A stretch of DNA of 64,000 nt from Bacteroidota bacterium (GCA_947464275.1 CANHVU010000014.1:10324-74323), one strand, 5' to 3'. Positions 39,576 through 52,525 are shown, counted from the first letter of the stretch. Made by a program: numbers and translations. Notes: generated by a model not told the origin, from the letters alone.

Positions 39576-39598
39576 GGTTGGTGAGAACACCAACCATA
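39576..39598 (-). repeat. REP family 2 hairpin, inverted, 8 bp after the RAYT stop
   Basis: ggttggtgagaacaccaacc. Confidence 0.8.
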
Positions 39599-39621
39599 GG
39601 CAATAGGCGATACTTTGGGGC

Positions 39622-39656
39622 AATAAAAAAACCGTAGAGTTTTTAACTGTCTACGG
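39622..39656 (+). terminator. putative terminator after the RAYT gene
   Basis: ccgtaga...tctacgg 7-bp stem followed by tttt. Confidence 0.35.
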
Positions 39657-39698
39657 TTTTGTCTACGCTTTTCGTGAAGCCCTTATTTTACAGCTTTT

Positions 39699-39858
39699 GC
39701 CTGTGGTTGGTGTTCTCACCAACCTTTTTTACAGGCATTTAACTATGATTGTTTGGTAAAAACACCAATTATGGGCAATTTAAGGATACAAGGTGTTAGT
39801 TTTATGTTGCCCTGAAAAGCAAAAAACCTCACTATCATACTGATAATGAGGTTTTAAC
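39699..39858 (+). repeat. right copy of the ~140-bp RAYT-flanking module (REP family 2 hairpin plus core plus terminal hairpin aacctcactatcatactgataatgaggtt)
   Basis: 39699-39732 is identical to the REP at 38857; the core is about 85% identical to 38891-38994. Confidence 0.8.
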
Positions 39859-39859
39859 G

Positions 39860-39944
39860 TACCCGGGGCGGGACTTGAACCCGCACATCTTTAAAGGATA
39901 CAGGATTTTAAGTCCTGCGTGTCTACCAATTCCACCACCCGGGC
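39860..39944 (-). tRNA. tRNA-Leu (anticodon TAA)
   Basis: Reverse complement gives GCCCGGGTGGTGGAATTGGTAGACACGCAGGACTTAAAATCCTG...long variable arm...GCGGGTTCAAGTCCCGC; cloverleaf with a type-II extra arm. Confidence 0.8.
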
Positions 39945-39986
39945 GTACTAATTAAAATTTCTGGTAAAAGAAACAGTGATTAATAT

Positions 39987-40062
39987 TGGAGCGAAAGACG
40001 AGGTTCGAACTCGCGACCTCAACCTTGGCAAGGTTGCGCTCTACCAGCTGAGCTACTTTCGC
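39987..40062 (-). tRNA. tRNA-Gly (anticodon GCC), CCA encoded
   Basis: Reverse complement GCGAAAGTAGCTCAGCTGGTAGAGCGCAACCTTGCCAAGGTTGAGGTCGCGAGTTCGAACCTCGTCTTTCGCTCCA. Confidence 0.85.
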
Positions 40063-40236
40063 ATTCGATATTTTGTATCGTTTTGGTGGTGCAAAAGTAT
40101 ACAAAGGATTTATACTTACAAGTGCTTTCTAATTTTTTTTATTCCTTTTTCCTAATTTAATCAAAATCAGCTAGGTAATTTTTTATTTATTTAACGATTT
40201 GTTTATTTCAACTAGCTAAAATTATTTTTTAAAGTG

Positions 40237-41085
40237 TTATTTTATTAAAAAACGGATAACTTTTTCATAAAACTCTTTTGGATTTTCAGCATGCAGCCAA
40301 TGTCCCGCCCCTGAAATAGTTTCAATTTGAGCATAAATAAAATGCTCTTGAATTTCTAGTTCATCACTTGGTTTAATATAGGTTGACAATTCCCCACGTA
40401 AAAACAAAGCTGGTTTTAAAAACACCCCATCATATTCTATTGGTTTAATAATTTCTTCGTAATCTCTATCTAAAACATTTAAATTAACTCTCCAATTATA
40501 GCCTCCATTTGCAGCGCTTGTTAAATTTTTAAGTAAAAATTGCCTTGTTCCAAAATCAGGAACCAAATGCATCATGATATCTTCAGCATCTTTACGTTTG
40601 GTAACTTTAGTAAAATCAACTGCATGCAGGGCTTCAATCACTGAATCGTGACCTCGTTTATACTGCCTTGGGGCAATATCGGCCACAATTAACCTTTCAA
40701 CTTTATCGGTATAATCAAAAGCAAACTGCATAGCTACCTTCCCTCCCATGCTATGGCCTAAAATATTAGCTGAAGCAATGTTTTGTTGCTCCATAAATTC
40801 GGCCAAATCGTTCACCATTAGCTTAATATTGTGGCTTTCGGTATGTGGCGATTTCCCATGATTACGCATATCAAGTGTGTAAACAGTAAAATCTTTCGAA
40901 AACTCAGTAGCCAATGTATGCCAATTATCCAACGAACCTAAAAAGCCATGAATAATTATAAGGGTTTCTAGACCTTCGCCATATTTTTTATAGTTTAAAT
41001 GCACTTTTTTTGATTGAATTGCTTTATTGTTAAATTGTTGTATTGCTATATTTTTGTTAATAGAAATCGGGAATTGAGTTGTCAA
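40237..41085 (-). CDS. alpha/beta hydrolase
   Basis: IIHGFLGS oxyanion motif; GHSMGG nucleophile elbow; C-terminal SGAGHWLH. Confidence 0.7.
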   Translation of the reverse strand: MTTQFPISINKNIAIQQFNNKAIQSKKVHLNYKKYGEGLETLIIIHGFLGSLDNWHTLATEFSKDFTVYTLDMRNHGKSPHTESHNIKLMVNDLAEFMEQQNIASANILGHSMGGKVAMQFAFDYTDKVERLIVADIAPRQYKRGHDSVIEALHAVDFTKVTKRKDAEDIMMHLVPDFGTRQFLLKNLTSAANGGYNWRVNLNVLDRDYEEIIKPIEYDGVFLKPALFLRGELSTYIKPSDELEIQEHFIYAQIETISGAGHWLHAENPKEFYEKVIRFLIK

Positions 41086-41177
41086 ATTGTTCTGCCAAAT
41101 ACTTATTGCAAATTATATATTTCTCAACTCACCTTTTACATTTATAAACTTGCCAATTGTCAATTGCTTATTGAAAT

Positions 41178-41879
41178 TTAGTTTCCCATTAGTTTTTCTT
41201 CTAGCATAGCCATTTCAGAAATGGTGCCTTTTTCGCATCTAATAATGCGTCCAGGATATTTGCTTATCAATCTATAATCGTGGGTTGCCATTAAAATTGC
41301 AGTTCCATTTTTAGCAATTTGGTGTAACAATTCCATAATTCCATTACTAGTTTCAGGGTCTAAATTTCCTGTAGGTTCATCTGCCAAAATAACGGCAGGT
41401 TTATTTAACAAAGCTCGGGCTATTACCAAACGTTGTTGTTCTCCACCACTTAACTCGAATGGCATTTTAAAACTTTTGGTATCAAGCCCAACCATTTCTA
41501 AAACTTCATTGATGCGGCTATCCATTTCAGCTTTGTTTTTCCAATCGGTAGCTTGTAGCACAAAATACAAATTTTCATAAACACTTCTATCGGTAAGTAA
41601 CTGGAAATCTTGAAATACAATTCCAATTTTTCTGCGCAAAAATGGAATTTGATTAGTTTTGAGTTGATGTAAGTTAAAATCAGCTACACGCCCATCGCCT
41701 TGTGTTAAGTTTAAATCAGCATACAAGGTTTTTAATAAGGTTGATTTTCCGCTACCTGTTTGACCTATTAAATATATAAATTCAGATTCGAAAATTTCAA
41801 GACTAACACCTGAAAGTACTAAAGTATTTTGCTGGAAAATACTTGCATTATTTAATTGAATTACCGATGATTTATTCAT
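41178..41879 (-). CDS. ftsE: FtsE-like ABC-transporter ATP-binding protein
   Basis: Walker A GQTGSGKST; signature LSGGEQQR; Walker B ILADEPT; 233 aa with no adjacent permease, as is typical for ftsE. Confidence 0.65.
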   Translation of the reverse strand: MNKSSVIQLNNASIFQQNTLVLSGVSLEIFESEFIYLIGQTGSGKSTLLKTLYADLNLTQGDGRVADFNLHQLKTNQIPFLRRKIGIVFQDFQLLTDRSVYENLYFVLQATDWKNKAEMDSRINEVLEMVGLDTKSFKMPFELSGGEQQRLVIARALLNKPAVILADEPTGNLDPETSNGIMELLHQIAKNGTAILMATHDYRLISKYPGRIIRCEKGTISEMAMLEEKLMGN

Positions 41880-41914
41880 TATTCTGTATTGTTCTTTTTT
41901 GTAAATTTATGTAA

Positions 41915-42118
41915 TTAAAATACAATTGGGGTTACTTGTCCAAAAGGTATTTGGTTCATTAATTCTTTAATTTGTTCAATTTTATCACCAAGTCCACATT
42001 TCTCCAATGCCTTTTCGGGCCTATCAGTGCGGGTGTAACAAATTAGAGTAAAGTTATCATCCCTTACTTGTAAATAATCTGGAATTTTTGCAACACCTTT
42101 AATTTTAACAATATACAT
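41915..42118 (-). CDS. hypothetical small protein
   Basis: 67-aa ORF directly upstream of ftsE on the same strand; no recognised family. Confidence 0.3.
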   Translation of the reverse strand: MYIVKIKGVAKIPDYLQVRDDNFTLICYTRTDRPEKALEKCGLGDKIEQIKELMNQIPFGQVTPIVF

Positions 42119-42184
42119 AAATAATTTAATTGAGTAATTTTAAACGAAAATAATTATAATTGCGGCACAAAACTAAAAAATAAT

Positions 42185-43912
42185 ATGAGAGATATGAGAC
42201 AAGTTATTTTAGCGGCCTCATGTGTTAGCTTAATTGCTGCATGTAGCGTAAAAAACAACTTTACTAAGAACAATTACACTGTTACTCCGAATCCATTAGA
42301 ATTAAAAGGCGACAGCGTTGAAATTACGATTAATGCTACCGTTCCGGCAAAATCAATCAATCCTAAAGCTGTAGTTACTTTTTCACCTTATTTAAAATGT
42401 GAAGATGGAACAATCATAAATTTAAAAAGCAAAACAATTAAAGGTACCAAGGCTAAAGTTGCTGCAGATGAAACGGTGGATACTAAAGTTGGTGGTAATG
42501 TTTCATATACTGATAAAATAGCATACGTTCCAAGTATGAAACGTGCATCGTTAATGCCTAAATATACAGCATTAAATGTTGACGTTCCTGTTGGAATTGG
42601 TGCATTAGCTGAAGGTACCATCGTTACTCCTTTATTGTTAAATAATTCTGATTTAACAATTTTTTCTAGCGATGATTACAAAGTAGAGTTAGTTAACAAA
42701 TCGGTAAATATTTACTTTCCTTTAGATGTAGATAAATTTAACCCGAACTTTAAAGCGGGTAAAAATTTAAGCAACAAAACTCAAATTGCTGAATTACGTA
42801 AATTATTAAAAGCTGACAAAAACTTTGTAGCTCGTGGTATAGCAATTAACGCTTATGCTTCGCCTGATGGAGAGTTAGATAGAAATACTAACTTATCAAA
42901 AGGTAGAGAAGAATCTACTTTTACATTCTTCAAAAAAGAATTGAAAAAATTAGGTTTTAGTGAAGTAAATGATGAAAACTTTACACGTGGTTACAGCAGC
43001 GCAGAAGATTGGATGGGCTTTGAAAAAGCTATTGTTGGAAGTGAGTTAAAAGATAAAAATGCACTTTTAGAAATTATAAGAAACAAAAGCATTAGTGATG
43101 AAGAAAGAGAAGGTTTAATTAAACGTAGTTTTCCTAAAGTTTGGGAAAATGCTAAGGCTAATATATTACCTACTTTACGCAGAGCAGAATTAGTAATTAA
43201 AGGTGCTAACCCAATGAAAACTGATGCTGAATTGATGACTTACTATGGTAAATACGATACATTAACAGCTAAAGAATTGTTTCATTTAGCAGTTATTACT
43301 ACTGATAATGCTAAAAAACAAGAAGTATTAAACGCATATAACGTTAAGAATTCAACTGATTGGAGAAGTTTTAATGATTTAGCTATTGCAAATATCCAAG
43401 ATAAAAACTTTGATGCTGCTAAACAAAATTTAGATAAAGCATTGGCCGTTAGTCCAGAAAATCCAACTGTATTGGCTAATTACGGTGTAGTTTATAAATT
43501 AACAGGTAACTATAAAGAAGCTATTAAATTTTACAACATGGCAGGAACCAAAGGTGCTGATGTTAGCTACAATTTAGGTTTATTAGCTGTTAAAAACGGA
43601 AATTACAGCGAAGCTGTTTCATCATTTAACAAAAGTGGAATCAAAGATTTTAACACTGCTTTAGCGCAATTATTAAACGGAAATTCTGCTGGTTGCAAAG
43701 CAATTATTGATGGCTTAAACCCTGATGAGTTAAAATGGAATCACTACTATTTAAGAGCTGTAGCTGCTGCTCGCTCAGGTAATGCTGACGATGTAGCTGC
43801 TAACTTAATTAAAGCTATTGGTGCTAACAGTGAAGTTCGTAACTTAGCTAAAAGTGATATGGAATTTGCTAAATTATTCAGCAATCCATTATTCCAAGGT
43901 GCCATAAGATAA
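42185..43912 (+). CDS. lipoprotein with C-terminal TPR repeats
   Basis: Lipobox (IAACS); the C-terminal ~200 aa has TPR-like periodicity (NYGVVYKLTGNYKEAIKFYNMA...). Confidence 0.5.
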   Translation: MRDMRQVILAASCVSLIAACSVKNNFTKNNYTVTPNPLELKGDSVEITINATVPAKSINPKAVVTFSPYLKCEDGTIINLKSKTIKGTKAKVAADETVDTKVGGNVSYTDKIAYVPSMKRASLMPKYTALNVDVPVGIGALAEGTIVTPLLLNNSDLTIFSSDDYKVELVNKSVNIYFPLDVDKFNPNFKAGKNLSNKTQIAELRKLLKADKNFVARGIAINAYASPDGELDRNTNLSKGREESTFTFFKKELKKLGFSEVNDENFTRGYSSAEDWMGFEKAIVGSELKDKNALLEIIRNKSISDEEREGLIKRSFPKVWENAKANILPTLRRAELVIKGANPMKTDAELMTYYGKYDTLTAKELFHLAVITTDNAKKQEVLNAYNVKNSTDWRSFNDLAIANIQDKNFDAAKQNLDKALAVSPENPTVLANYGVVYKLTGNYKEAIKFYNMAGTKGADVSYNLGLLAVKNGNYSEAVSSFNKSGIKDFNTALAQLLNGNSAGCKAIIDGLNPDELKWNHYYLRAVAAARSGNADDVAANLIKAIGANSEVRNLAKSDMEFAKLFSNPLFQGAIR

Positions 43913-43949
43913 TAATGTGTTTTAGCAAAATTTAACGCATACTTTTTTT

Positions 43950-43996
43950 AAAACACCCTCAAATAGTTTTTCACTATTTGAGGGTGTTTTTTTTAA
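43950..43996 (+). terminator. rho-independent terminator
   Basis: acaccctcaaatag/ctatttgagggtgt 14-bp stem followed by tttttttt. Confidence 0.7.
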
Positions 43997-44074
43997 TGAA
44001 AATGTATCAATGGTCAAAGCTATTTAAATTTGTTTTTGCCATGAACAAAAGCAAACTGAATTTTACCAATTCTT

Positions 44075-45013
44075 TTAGCTAATAGGGTCTAACCGCTCTC
44101 CCTCTATGTTAATTTGGCTGATTATTGTTGTAATTTTTTCAATAATATCTTGCTTTAAAACATCTAATAATTTTTTCTTTACAAAATGCTGATGTACCAC
44201 CAAACCTACAGTTCTATATGGAACAGGTGAAATAAAATTGCCTAAATGCATTTTTTCATTATCCGAAAAATCAATAGTAGCCAAATGAGGAAGTAAAGTA
44301 GTGGCTTTATTGGCTTTTACAAAACGCAGCAAGCTATCAATTGAACCAGCTTTGTATTCAAAATTTAACTTAGAGCCTAATTGGTTTTCATCGTAATCGC
44401 AAAGCTGTAACACTTGTGTACGCATACAATGACCCTCTTCCATTAAGCAAATATTTTTCATTTTAATATTTTTAAAAGTAATAGGCTCATTCATTTCATT
44501 TTCTGCATCAAAAAACAAAAAGGGTTCATCGTATAACTTTATTTCAATAATTTCTTTATCGTTTAATGGAACAGAAAGTATGCCAATATCCAACTCCCTA
44601 CTTTTTAGTTTTCTTACTATTTCGGAGGTAGTTTCTTCTCTTACCTTAATTTTCAAATTGGGGAATTTGGTGGCAAAATTTTGTAAAAACAATGGCAGTA
44701 AAAATGGCGCTATGGTAGGAATAACCGAAAGTGTTAAACTGCCCGTTACTTCACCTTTTACTTCGTTGGTTAATTCTTTTAATTGGTCAATATTATTTAC
44801 TATAATGGTTAATTGTTCCAAAATTATTTTGCCTTCATTGGTAAGTTGAACAGGCTTTTTTTTCCTATCAAAAATTTTAAAACCTATTTCATCCTCAAAC
44901 TTTGAAATCATGGTGCTTAACGTAGATTGTGTTATGCAACATTTTTCAGCAGCAATCTCAAAATGTTTGTGTTCGGCTACTGCTAAAATGTATTGAAACT
45001 GTTGTATGTTCAT
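44075..45013 (-). CDS. oxyR: LysR-family transcriptional regulator (OxyR-like; divergent from katG)
   Basis: N-terminal HTH FQYILAVAEHKHFEIAAEKCCITQSTLS; LysR substrate-binding body; divergently adjacent to catalase-peroxidase, as OxyR commonly is. Confidence 0.7.
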   Translation of the reverse strand: MNIQQFQYILAVAEHKHFEIAAEKCCITQSTLSTMISKFEDEIGFKIFDRKKKPVQLTNEGKIILEQLTIIVNNIDQLKELTNEVKGEVTGSLTLSVIPTIAPFLLPLFLQNFATKFPNLKIKVREETTSEIVRKLKSRELDIGILSVPLNDKEIIEIKLYDEPFLFFDAENEMNEPITFKNIKMKNICLMEEGHCMRTQVLQLCDYDENQLGSKLNFEYKAGSIDSLLRFVKANKATTLLPHLATIDFSDNEKMHLGNFISPVPYRTVGLVVHQHFVKKKLLDVLKQDIIEKITTIISQINIEGERLDPIS

Positions 45014-47386
<2,373 letters not shown>

Positions 47387-47399
47387 TTGGAATTAAAAA

Positions 47400-47441
47400 T
47401 AAAAAAAGCCTGAATTTAATAATTCAGGCTTATTTTATTTA
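47400..47441. terminator. bidirectional rho-independent terminator
   Basis: aaaaaaagcctgaatttaataattcaggcttatttt. Confidence 0.75.
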
Positions 47442-47456
47442 GTATGATTTTCTTGA

Positions 47457-48434
47457 TTATTTATACATAACACTTTTAACAGCATCCATTACTTGTTTTA
47501 CACTTGGTAAAAATGCTTCAACAAAAGTTGGAGCGTAGCCAAGTGGAGTATCTGCGGTGTTTACTCTAATAATTGGTGCATCTAAATAATCGAAAGCACG
47601 TTTTTGAACCATATAAGTTATTTCTGTACTGATATTGGCTAACGGCCAAGCTTCTTCTAATATAACTAAGCGGTTAGTTTTTTTAACTGATTCAATAACC
47701 GTATCATAATCAATTGGGCGCACAGTGCGTAAATCAATTATTTCTACATTTACCCCTTCTTTCGCTAATTCTTCGGCAGCCGCATAAGCCACTTTAATAA
47801 TTTTACCAAACGAAACAATGGTAACATCAGTTCCTTCACGTTTTACAACCGCTTTTCCAATTGGAATTAAATATTCCTCCTCAGGTACTTCACCTTTGTC
47901 GCCATACATTTGCTCACTTTCCATAAAAATAACAGGATCGTTATCTCTTATGGCAGTTTTAAGTAAACCTTTTGCATCATATGGGTTTGAAGGAACTACC
48001 ACTTTTAAACCTGGGCAATTGGCATACCAGTTTTCAAAAGCTTGGCTATGTTGAGCTCCTAATTGGCCTGCACTTGCAGTTGGCCCTCTAAAAACCATAG
48101 GCATATTAAACTGACCACCACTCATTTGATACATTTTAGCAGCTGAATTAATTACTTGATCAATAGCAACTAGCGAAAAGTTGAAAGTCATAAATTCAAC
48201 AATTGGACGTAAACCATTCATTGCAGCACCAACAGCTATACCCGCAAAACCAAGTTCCGCTATTGGAGTATCTATGATACGTTTTTCGCCAAACTCATCA
48301 AGCATACCTTGACTAACTTTGTAAGCGCCATTGTATTCGGCCACTTCCTCGCCCATTAAAAATATATCTTTATCTCTGCGCATTTCTTCGTTCATTGCTT
48401 CGCGAAGCGCTTCTCTAAATTGAATTACTCTCAT
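47457..48434 (-). CDS. pdhB: pyruvate/2-oxoacid dehydrogenase E1 component beta subunit
   Basis: Transketolase-like pyrimidine-binding and C-terminal domains; MRVIQFREALREAMNEEMRRD N-terminus typical of E1-beta. Confidence 0.85.
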   Translation of the reverse strand: MRVIQFREALREAMNEEMRRDKDIFLMGEEVAEYNGAYKVSQGMLDEFGEKRIIDTPIAELGFAGIAVGAAMNGLRPIVEFMTFNFSLVAIDQVINSAAKMYQMSGGQFNMPMVFRGPTASAGQLGAQHSQAFENWYANCPGLKVVVPSNPYDAKGLLKTAIRDNDPVIFMESEQMYGDKGEVPEEEYLIPIGKAVVKREGTDVTIVSFGKIIKVAYAAAEELAKEGVNVEIIDLRTVRPIDYDTVIESVKKTNRLVILEEAWPLANISTEITYMVQKRAFDYLDAPIIRVNTADTPLGYAPTFVEAFLPSVKQVMDAVKSVMYK

Positions 48435-48686
48435 GTATGTTTTTTAAAAAGTGTTGCAAAAATAATCGGATTACAATGCTTTCAAATAGTTGTTTGAAAG
48501 TTTTTTGAAATAAGTACAAAATAATCCAATTCCAAACCTAAATCTCTGAAAAATAAACCAATTGTTTGGAGTTTATTCTCTTAAAAGTTGTAATCTTTAG
48601 TGCGCAAACTACTAAAAAATGTGCAAAAATTAAGAAAATAAATGAAAGCATGGATGTTTATTTGTAACATAATTTAATTATTAGTT

Positions 48687-49187
48687 GTGAGAAAAATATT
48701 TTCAGTTTTTGTGTTCATTTCGTTGGTTTTTGCATGTCAATCGCCTAAAGAAAAATTGTTAAATCAAATAACCGAATTAGAGAACAGCGATAGCGCTTTT
48801 AGTATTGGTCAAATTACCGATTTATATTGGTCTTACGCATCGTTTGTAGATAAATATCCTGACGATGACCATGCCCCTGAGTTTTTATTTAAGGCTGCAC
48901 AACGAAGTAATATTTTAAATAAAGCTAGTGAGGGAATTGGATTTTTTGAAAAATTAATTACTAATTATCCAAACTCAAAATTTTGTGAACAAGCATTGTT
49001 TTCAATAGCTTTTAGTTATGAAAATAATTTGAACGATTTTGTAAATGCACGAAAATTCTACGACCAATTTTTACAAAAATATCCTAATAGTGAATTGGCT
49101 GAAGATGCAAAGCTTTCAATTGAAAACTTAGGCAAATCAGATGAAGAGTTTTTAGAATCTATTAATAAAGACAGTGTAATTAATTAA
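48687..49187 (+). CDS. TPR-like lipoprotein
   Basis: Lipobox (VFACQ); two TPR-like helices; the stop overlaps the downstream gene's stop region. Confidence 0.45.
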   Translation: MRKIFSVFVFISLVFACQSPKEKLLNQITELENSDSAFSIGQITDLYWSYASFVDKYPDDDHAPEFLFKAAQRSNILNKASEGIGFFEKLITNYPNSKFCEQALFSIAFSYENNLNDFVNARKFYDQFLQKYPNSELAEDAKLSIENLGKSDEEFLESINKDSVIN

Positions 49188-51145
49188 TTACCCCAACTTC
49201 TTAGAGAACGAATCAATATTAAAAAGTCTTTTTCTACCGAATAATCTTTGGCGTATAAAAAGTTTAATTTTTGAATGGTAATTGGATTATAGCTTTTGCC
49301 TGTAAGGTTATCAATTGGATTTAAAACTCCTTGACGTAAAATTGGCAATAGTTTAATATTATCGGCTTTGGCATAACCAACCCAAGTTTTTTCTCCTAAA
49401 AGTACCTGAACCCAATTTTTGAAAAACTGCGTTTTATTCTTAATTATTAAACTTACAAAGGGAATAAATGGTAGAATAAAAATGGCAAAAAACACATCAA
49501 ATAATCGTTTCTTTTGTTGCTCCCAAGCCTTGCTTAATGATAAGTTTAATTCTATAGTGTAAAAATCGCCAGGTGTGTTTTTATTGTTACTTCCAATTAT
49601 AAATAAACTTTCTTCGGGCACTATTTTAAACAGTAATTCTTGCTGTTTCATTCGGCCCATCCATTCTATAATTTGCGAAGCAGCTAAATCTTTTGAGCAA
49701 AAAATTATTTCTTCAATTTTCAGTACATCTACTATCTCGCTTAGTTGGTTTACATTACCTAAATATTGGTTATCGTTTACACTTTTATCATCAATAGAAA
49801 TAAAACCAAAATAGTCGGCTTTGGCTTTTGATTTTATCAATAAATCTTGCACACGGTTTACTTCATTGTAATTACCCACTATAGCAGTGCGTAAGCGGTT
49901 ACTAAAGCTAAAACTTAGCTTGCCATTTTTTAACCAAAACAATAAAAACCTATCGAAATAGGCCATAATAATGGTGCTTAAAGTTCCTAAAACTATTATG
50001 GCGCGACTAAAACGATATGAATCGTTTAAAAATGCATAAAAAACGGCTATTGCTAGAGAACCGGCCAAAACACCTTTGGTTACGCTTAAAAATGTTTTAC
50101 GTTTATTGTATGCTCCAGCTAAGTATAGGCCTGCCATCCAAAGTGCACCATATATACAACTATTGGCTAGAACTACATAATTGCTATAGGCCGAATCTGT
50201 ATCATATTTAAAAATAGAATAACCTTTACTTATAAAAAGCATACTTACCAAAATGAGTAAAAAATCAATTATGGGTAAATAAACAGCGTTTAAAAAACGC
50301 AAAATTATTGCTGCAGTAGCTCTTAAATAAATGGCAAAATTAATCAGTAAGCCAAACGTGCGAGCATGTTTTTGCGAATAATGTTTTTGTGCAAAAATTA
50401 TCATGGCACGATAGAACGTAAATACAAAGTTTACACTGGTTTTTTTAGTGCTTTCGCCTTTGTAGTGTATTATGGTAGTATCGTGAAAATAATAATTAAA
50501 ATAGCCCGCTTTGGTTACTCGGTAGCTTAAATCTATGTCTTCACCATACATAAAATAATCTTCATCAAGCATGCCAATTTTTTCGATAACTGTTTTGCGT
50601 AGCATCATAAATGCACCCGCTAAAACATCCACTTTATGCGTTTCGTTTTTATCTAAAAATCCAAGATGGTATTTGCCAAATCGTTTTGATTTTGGAAAAA
50701 GAGCCGCCAAGCCAAATATTTTATAAAAAGCTACATCAGGTGTTGGTAAGCCACGTTTGCTTTCAGGTAAAAACTTACCTGAACCATCAATCATTTTTAC
50801 ACCAACAGCACCAGCATCGGGCGTATGGTCCATGAACGAAACAACTTTGTTAAAGCAAGCTTCTTCAACTACAGTATCAGGGTTTAAAAGTAAAATGTAT
50901 TCGCCTTTGGCTATTTTTATAGCTTGGTTATTGGCCTTGCTAAAACCTACATTTTCTTTATTTTCAATTAAAATCACATCGTTGGCAAACTTGTGTTTTA
51001 CCATTTCGCAGCTACCATCTACCGAGTTGTTATCTACTACTATAATTTCTGCATTGATTCCATTACAAGCCTTTCTAACCGAATAAAGGGCTTGTTCTAA
51101 AAAATATTTTACGTTATAGTTTACTATTACAACAGAAAGTTTCAA
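49184..51145 (-). CDS. family-2 glycosyltransferase fused to a multi-pass membrane domain
   Basis: N-terminus LSVVIVNYNVKYFLEQ...VDNNSVDGS (GT2, DxD); central and C-terminal TM helices; C-terminal KRLFDVFFAIFILPF resembles a sugar-transferase membrane anchor. Confidence 0.7.
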   Translation of the reverse strand: MKLSVVIVNYNVKYFLEQALYSVRKACNGINAEIIVVDNNSVDGSCEMVKHKFANDVILIENKENVGFSKANNQAIKIAKGEYILLLNPDTVVEEACFNKVVSFMDHTPDAGAVGVKMIDGSGKFLPESKRGLPTPDVAFYKIFGLAALFPKSKRFGKYHLGFLDKNETHKVDVLAGAFMMLRKTVIEKIGMLDEDYFMYGEDIDLSYRVTKAGYFNYYFHDTTIIHYKGESTKKTSVNFVFTFYRAMIIFAQKHYSQKHARTFGLLINFAIYLRATAAIILRFLNAVYLPIIDFLLILVSMLFISKGYSIFKYDTDSAYSNYVVLANSCIYGALWMAGLYLAGAYNKRKTFLSVTKGVLAGSLAIAVFYAFLNDSYRFSRAIIVLGTLSTIIMAYFDRFLLFWLKNGKLSFSFSNRLRTAIVGNYNEVNRVQDLLIKSKAKADYFGFISIDDKSVNDNQYLGNVNQLSEIVDVLKIEEIIFCSKDLAASQIIEWMGRMKQQELLFKIVPEESLFIIGSNNKNTPGDFYTIELNLSLSKAWEQQKKRLFDVFFAIFILPFIPFVSLIIKNKTQFFKNWVQVLLGEKTWVGYAKADNIKLLPILRQGVLNPIDNLTGKSYNPITIQKLNFLYAKDYSVEKDFLILIRSLRSWGN

Positions 51146-51406
51146 ATGGGTAACGAATTAAAGTTAACAAATATATAGGTTTGAAGAATTGTTTTAGTTT
51201 TTTTTTGCCATTACAAATAAGTTTACAATTTTATGTTCAACGTTAAAACCTATAGTTTTAGTATTAAGTGATTGTTATTTTATTTATTATCAACGTTATA
51301 GTTGTTTTATGGAATAATTAAAGCCAAAATCCGCAAAAACGATTTTTTGTAAAAAATAAGTTTAAGAGGAATTAACAATTATAATTATTTTATTTGAAGC
51401 ATTATT

Positions 51407-52492
51407 ATGAAAGTATTTAACAAAATAGTTTTGTTTTTAAATTGGGCGCTAATATTACTTTTGTTAGGTGCGTATTTAGCAGCTTTTATTAGTCCTGTTC
51501 AATTGTGGTTTGTGGCGTTTTTAGGTTTAGCATTTCCTATCATTTTCATTGCCAATTCATTTTTTGTGCTGTATTGGTTAATTAATTTAAATTGGAATAT
51601 TATTTATTCATTGGTAGCCTTAATTATTGGAATTAATGTTAGCCAACGTTTTTTACAATTTGGCACGAAAAAAGAAAATGTAAGTGACAACTACATCAAT
51701 ATTGTTGACTTTAATACTCATGCATTTGATGCTTTTGAAGATGGGGATTATGCACCTGAATTATTTTTTGAAACATTAAATGAGATCAAACCAGATGTAA
51801 TGTGTTTTCAAGAATTTGTTTCTTATAACACCTCAAAAGATAAAAGAATGTTTAAAATGTTAATTAACAATTATAAGCATTTTGATAAGTTCAATATGCA
51901 AGATATTGAAGATAAAATTACAGGTTACAGTATCAGTATTTTAAGCAGATATCCTATAGTTAATTCAGGTTTTGTAGAAAGAATTAATTCAAACGGCAAT
52001 GCCACTATTTTTGCAGATATTAAGTATAAAAACGATACCATTCGAATAATTAATACCCACTTAAAATCAATTGCTTTCGATAAAAAAGACTATCAAACTG
52101 TAGCTGAAATTGAAGATAATAGTAATAAAAAAGAGGTGGACATTTTAGATATAAAAAATATAGCTGGAAAACTTAAAAGAGCTTTTGTTACTCGTTCGAA
52201 GCAAGCTGAATTTATTCAAAAATTCATTCAAAAATCACCCTATAAAATAATTTTAACAGGCGATTTTAACGATTCGCCAGCTAGTTATGCTTACAACATA
52301 ATTAAAGGTGATATGAAAGATGCATTTATTGAAAGTGGTTCGGGTTTTAGCTCAACTTATATTGGAAAAATGCCTTCGTTTAGAATTGATTATATTTTGG
52401 CAGATAAAAATTTTGAAATTGTAAATTACAAGCCTTATAAAATGAATTTTAGCGATCATAAAATGCTTAGTGCTACTGTTAAAATCAAGTAG
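51407..52492 (+). CDS. endonuclease/exonuclease/phosphatase (EEP) family protein with N-terminal TM anchor
   Basis: Two N-terminal TM helices followed by an EEP-like catalytic core (VMCFQEF, IINTHL, SDHKML). Confidence 0.6.
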   Translation: MKVFNKIVLFLNWALILLLLGAYLAAFISPVQLWFVAFLGLAFPIIFIANSFFVLYWLINLNWNIIYSLVALIIGINVSQRFLQFGTKKENVSDNYINIVDFNTHAFDAFEDGDYAPELFFETLNEIKPDVMCFQEFVSYNTSKDKRMFKMLINNYKHFDKFNMQDIEDKITGYSISILSRYPIVNSGFVERINSNGNATIFADIKYKNDTIRIINTHLKSIAFDKKDYQTVAEIEDNSNKKEVDILDIKNIAGKLKRAFVTRSKQAEFIQKFIQKSPYKIILTGDFNDSPASYAYNIIKGDMKDAFIESGSGFSSTYIGKMPSFRIDYILADKNFEIVNYKPYKMNFSDHKMLSATVKIK

Positions 52493-52525
52493 TTTTTTAT
52501 AATTTTAATTCTGTATAATTGTAAA

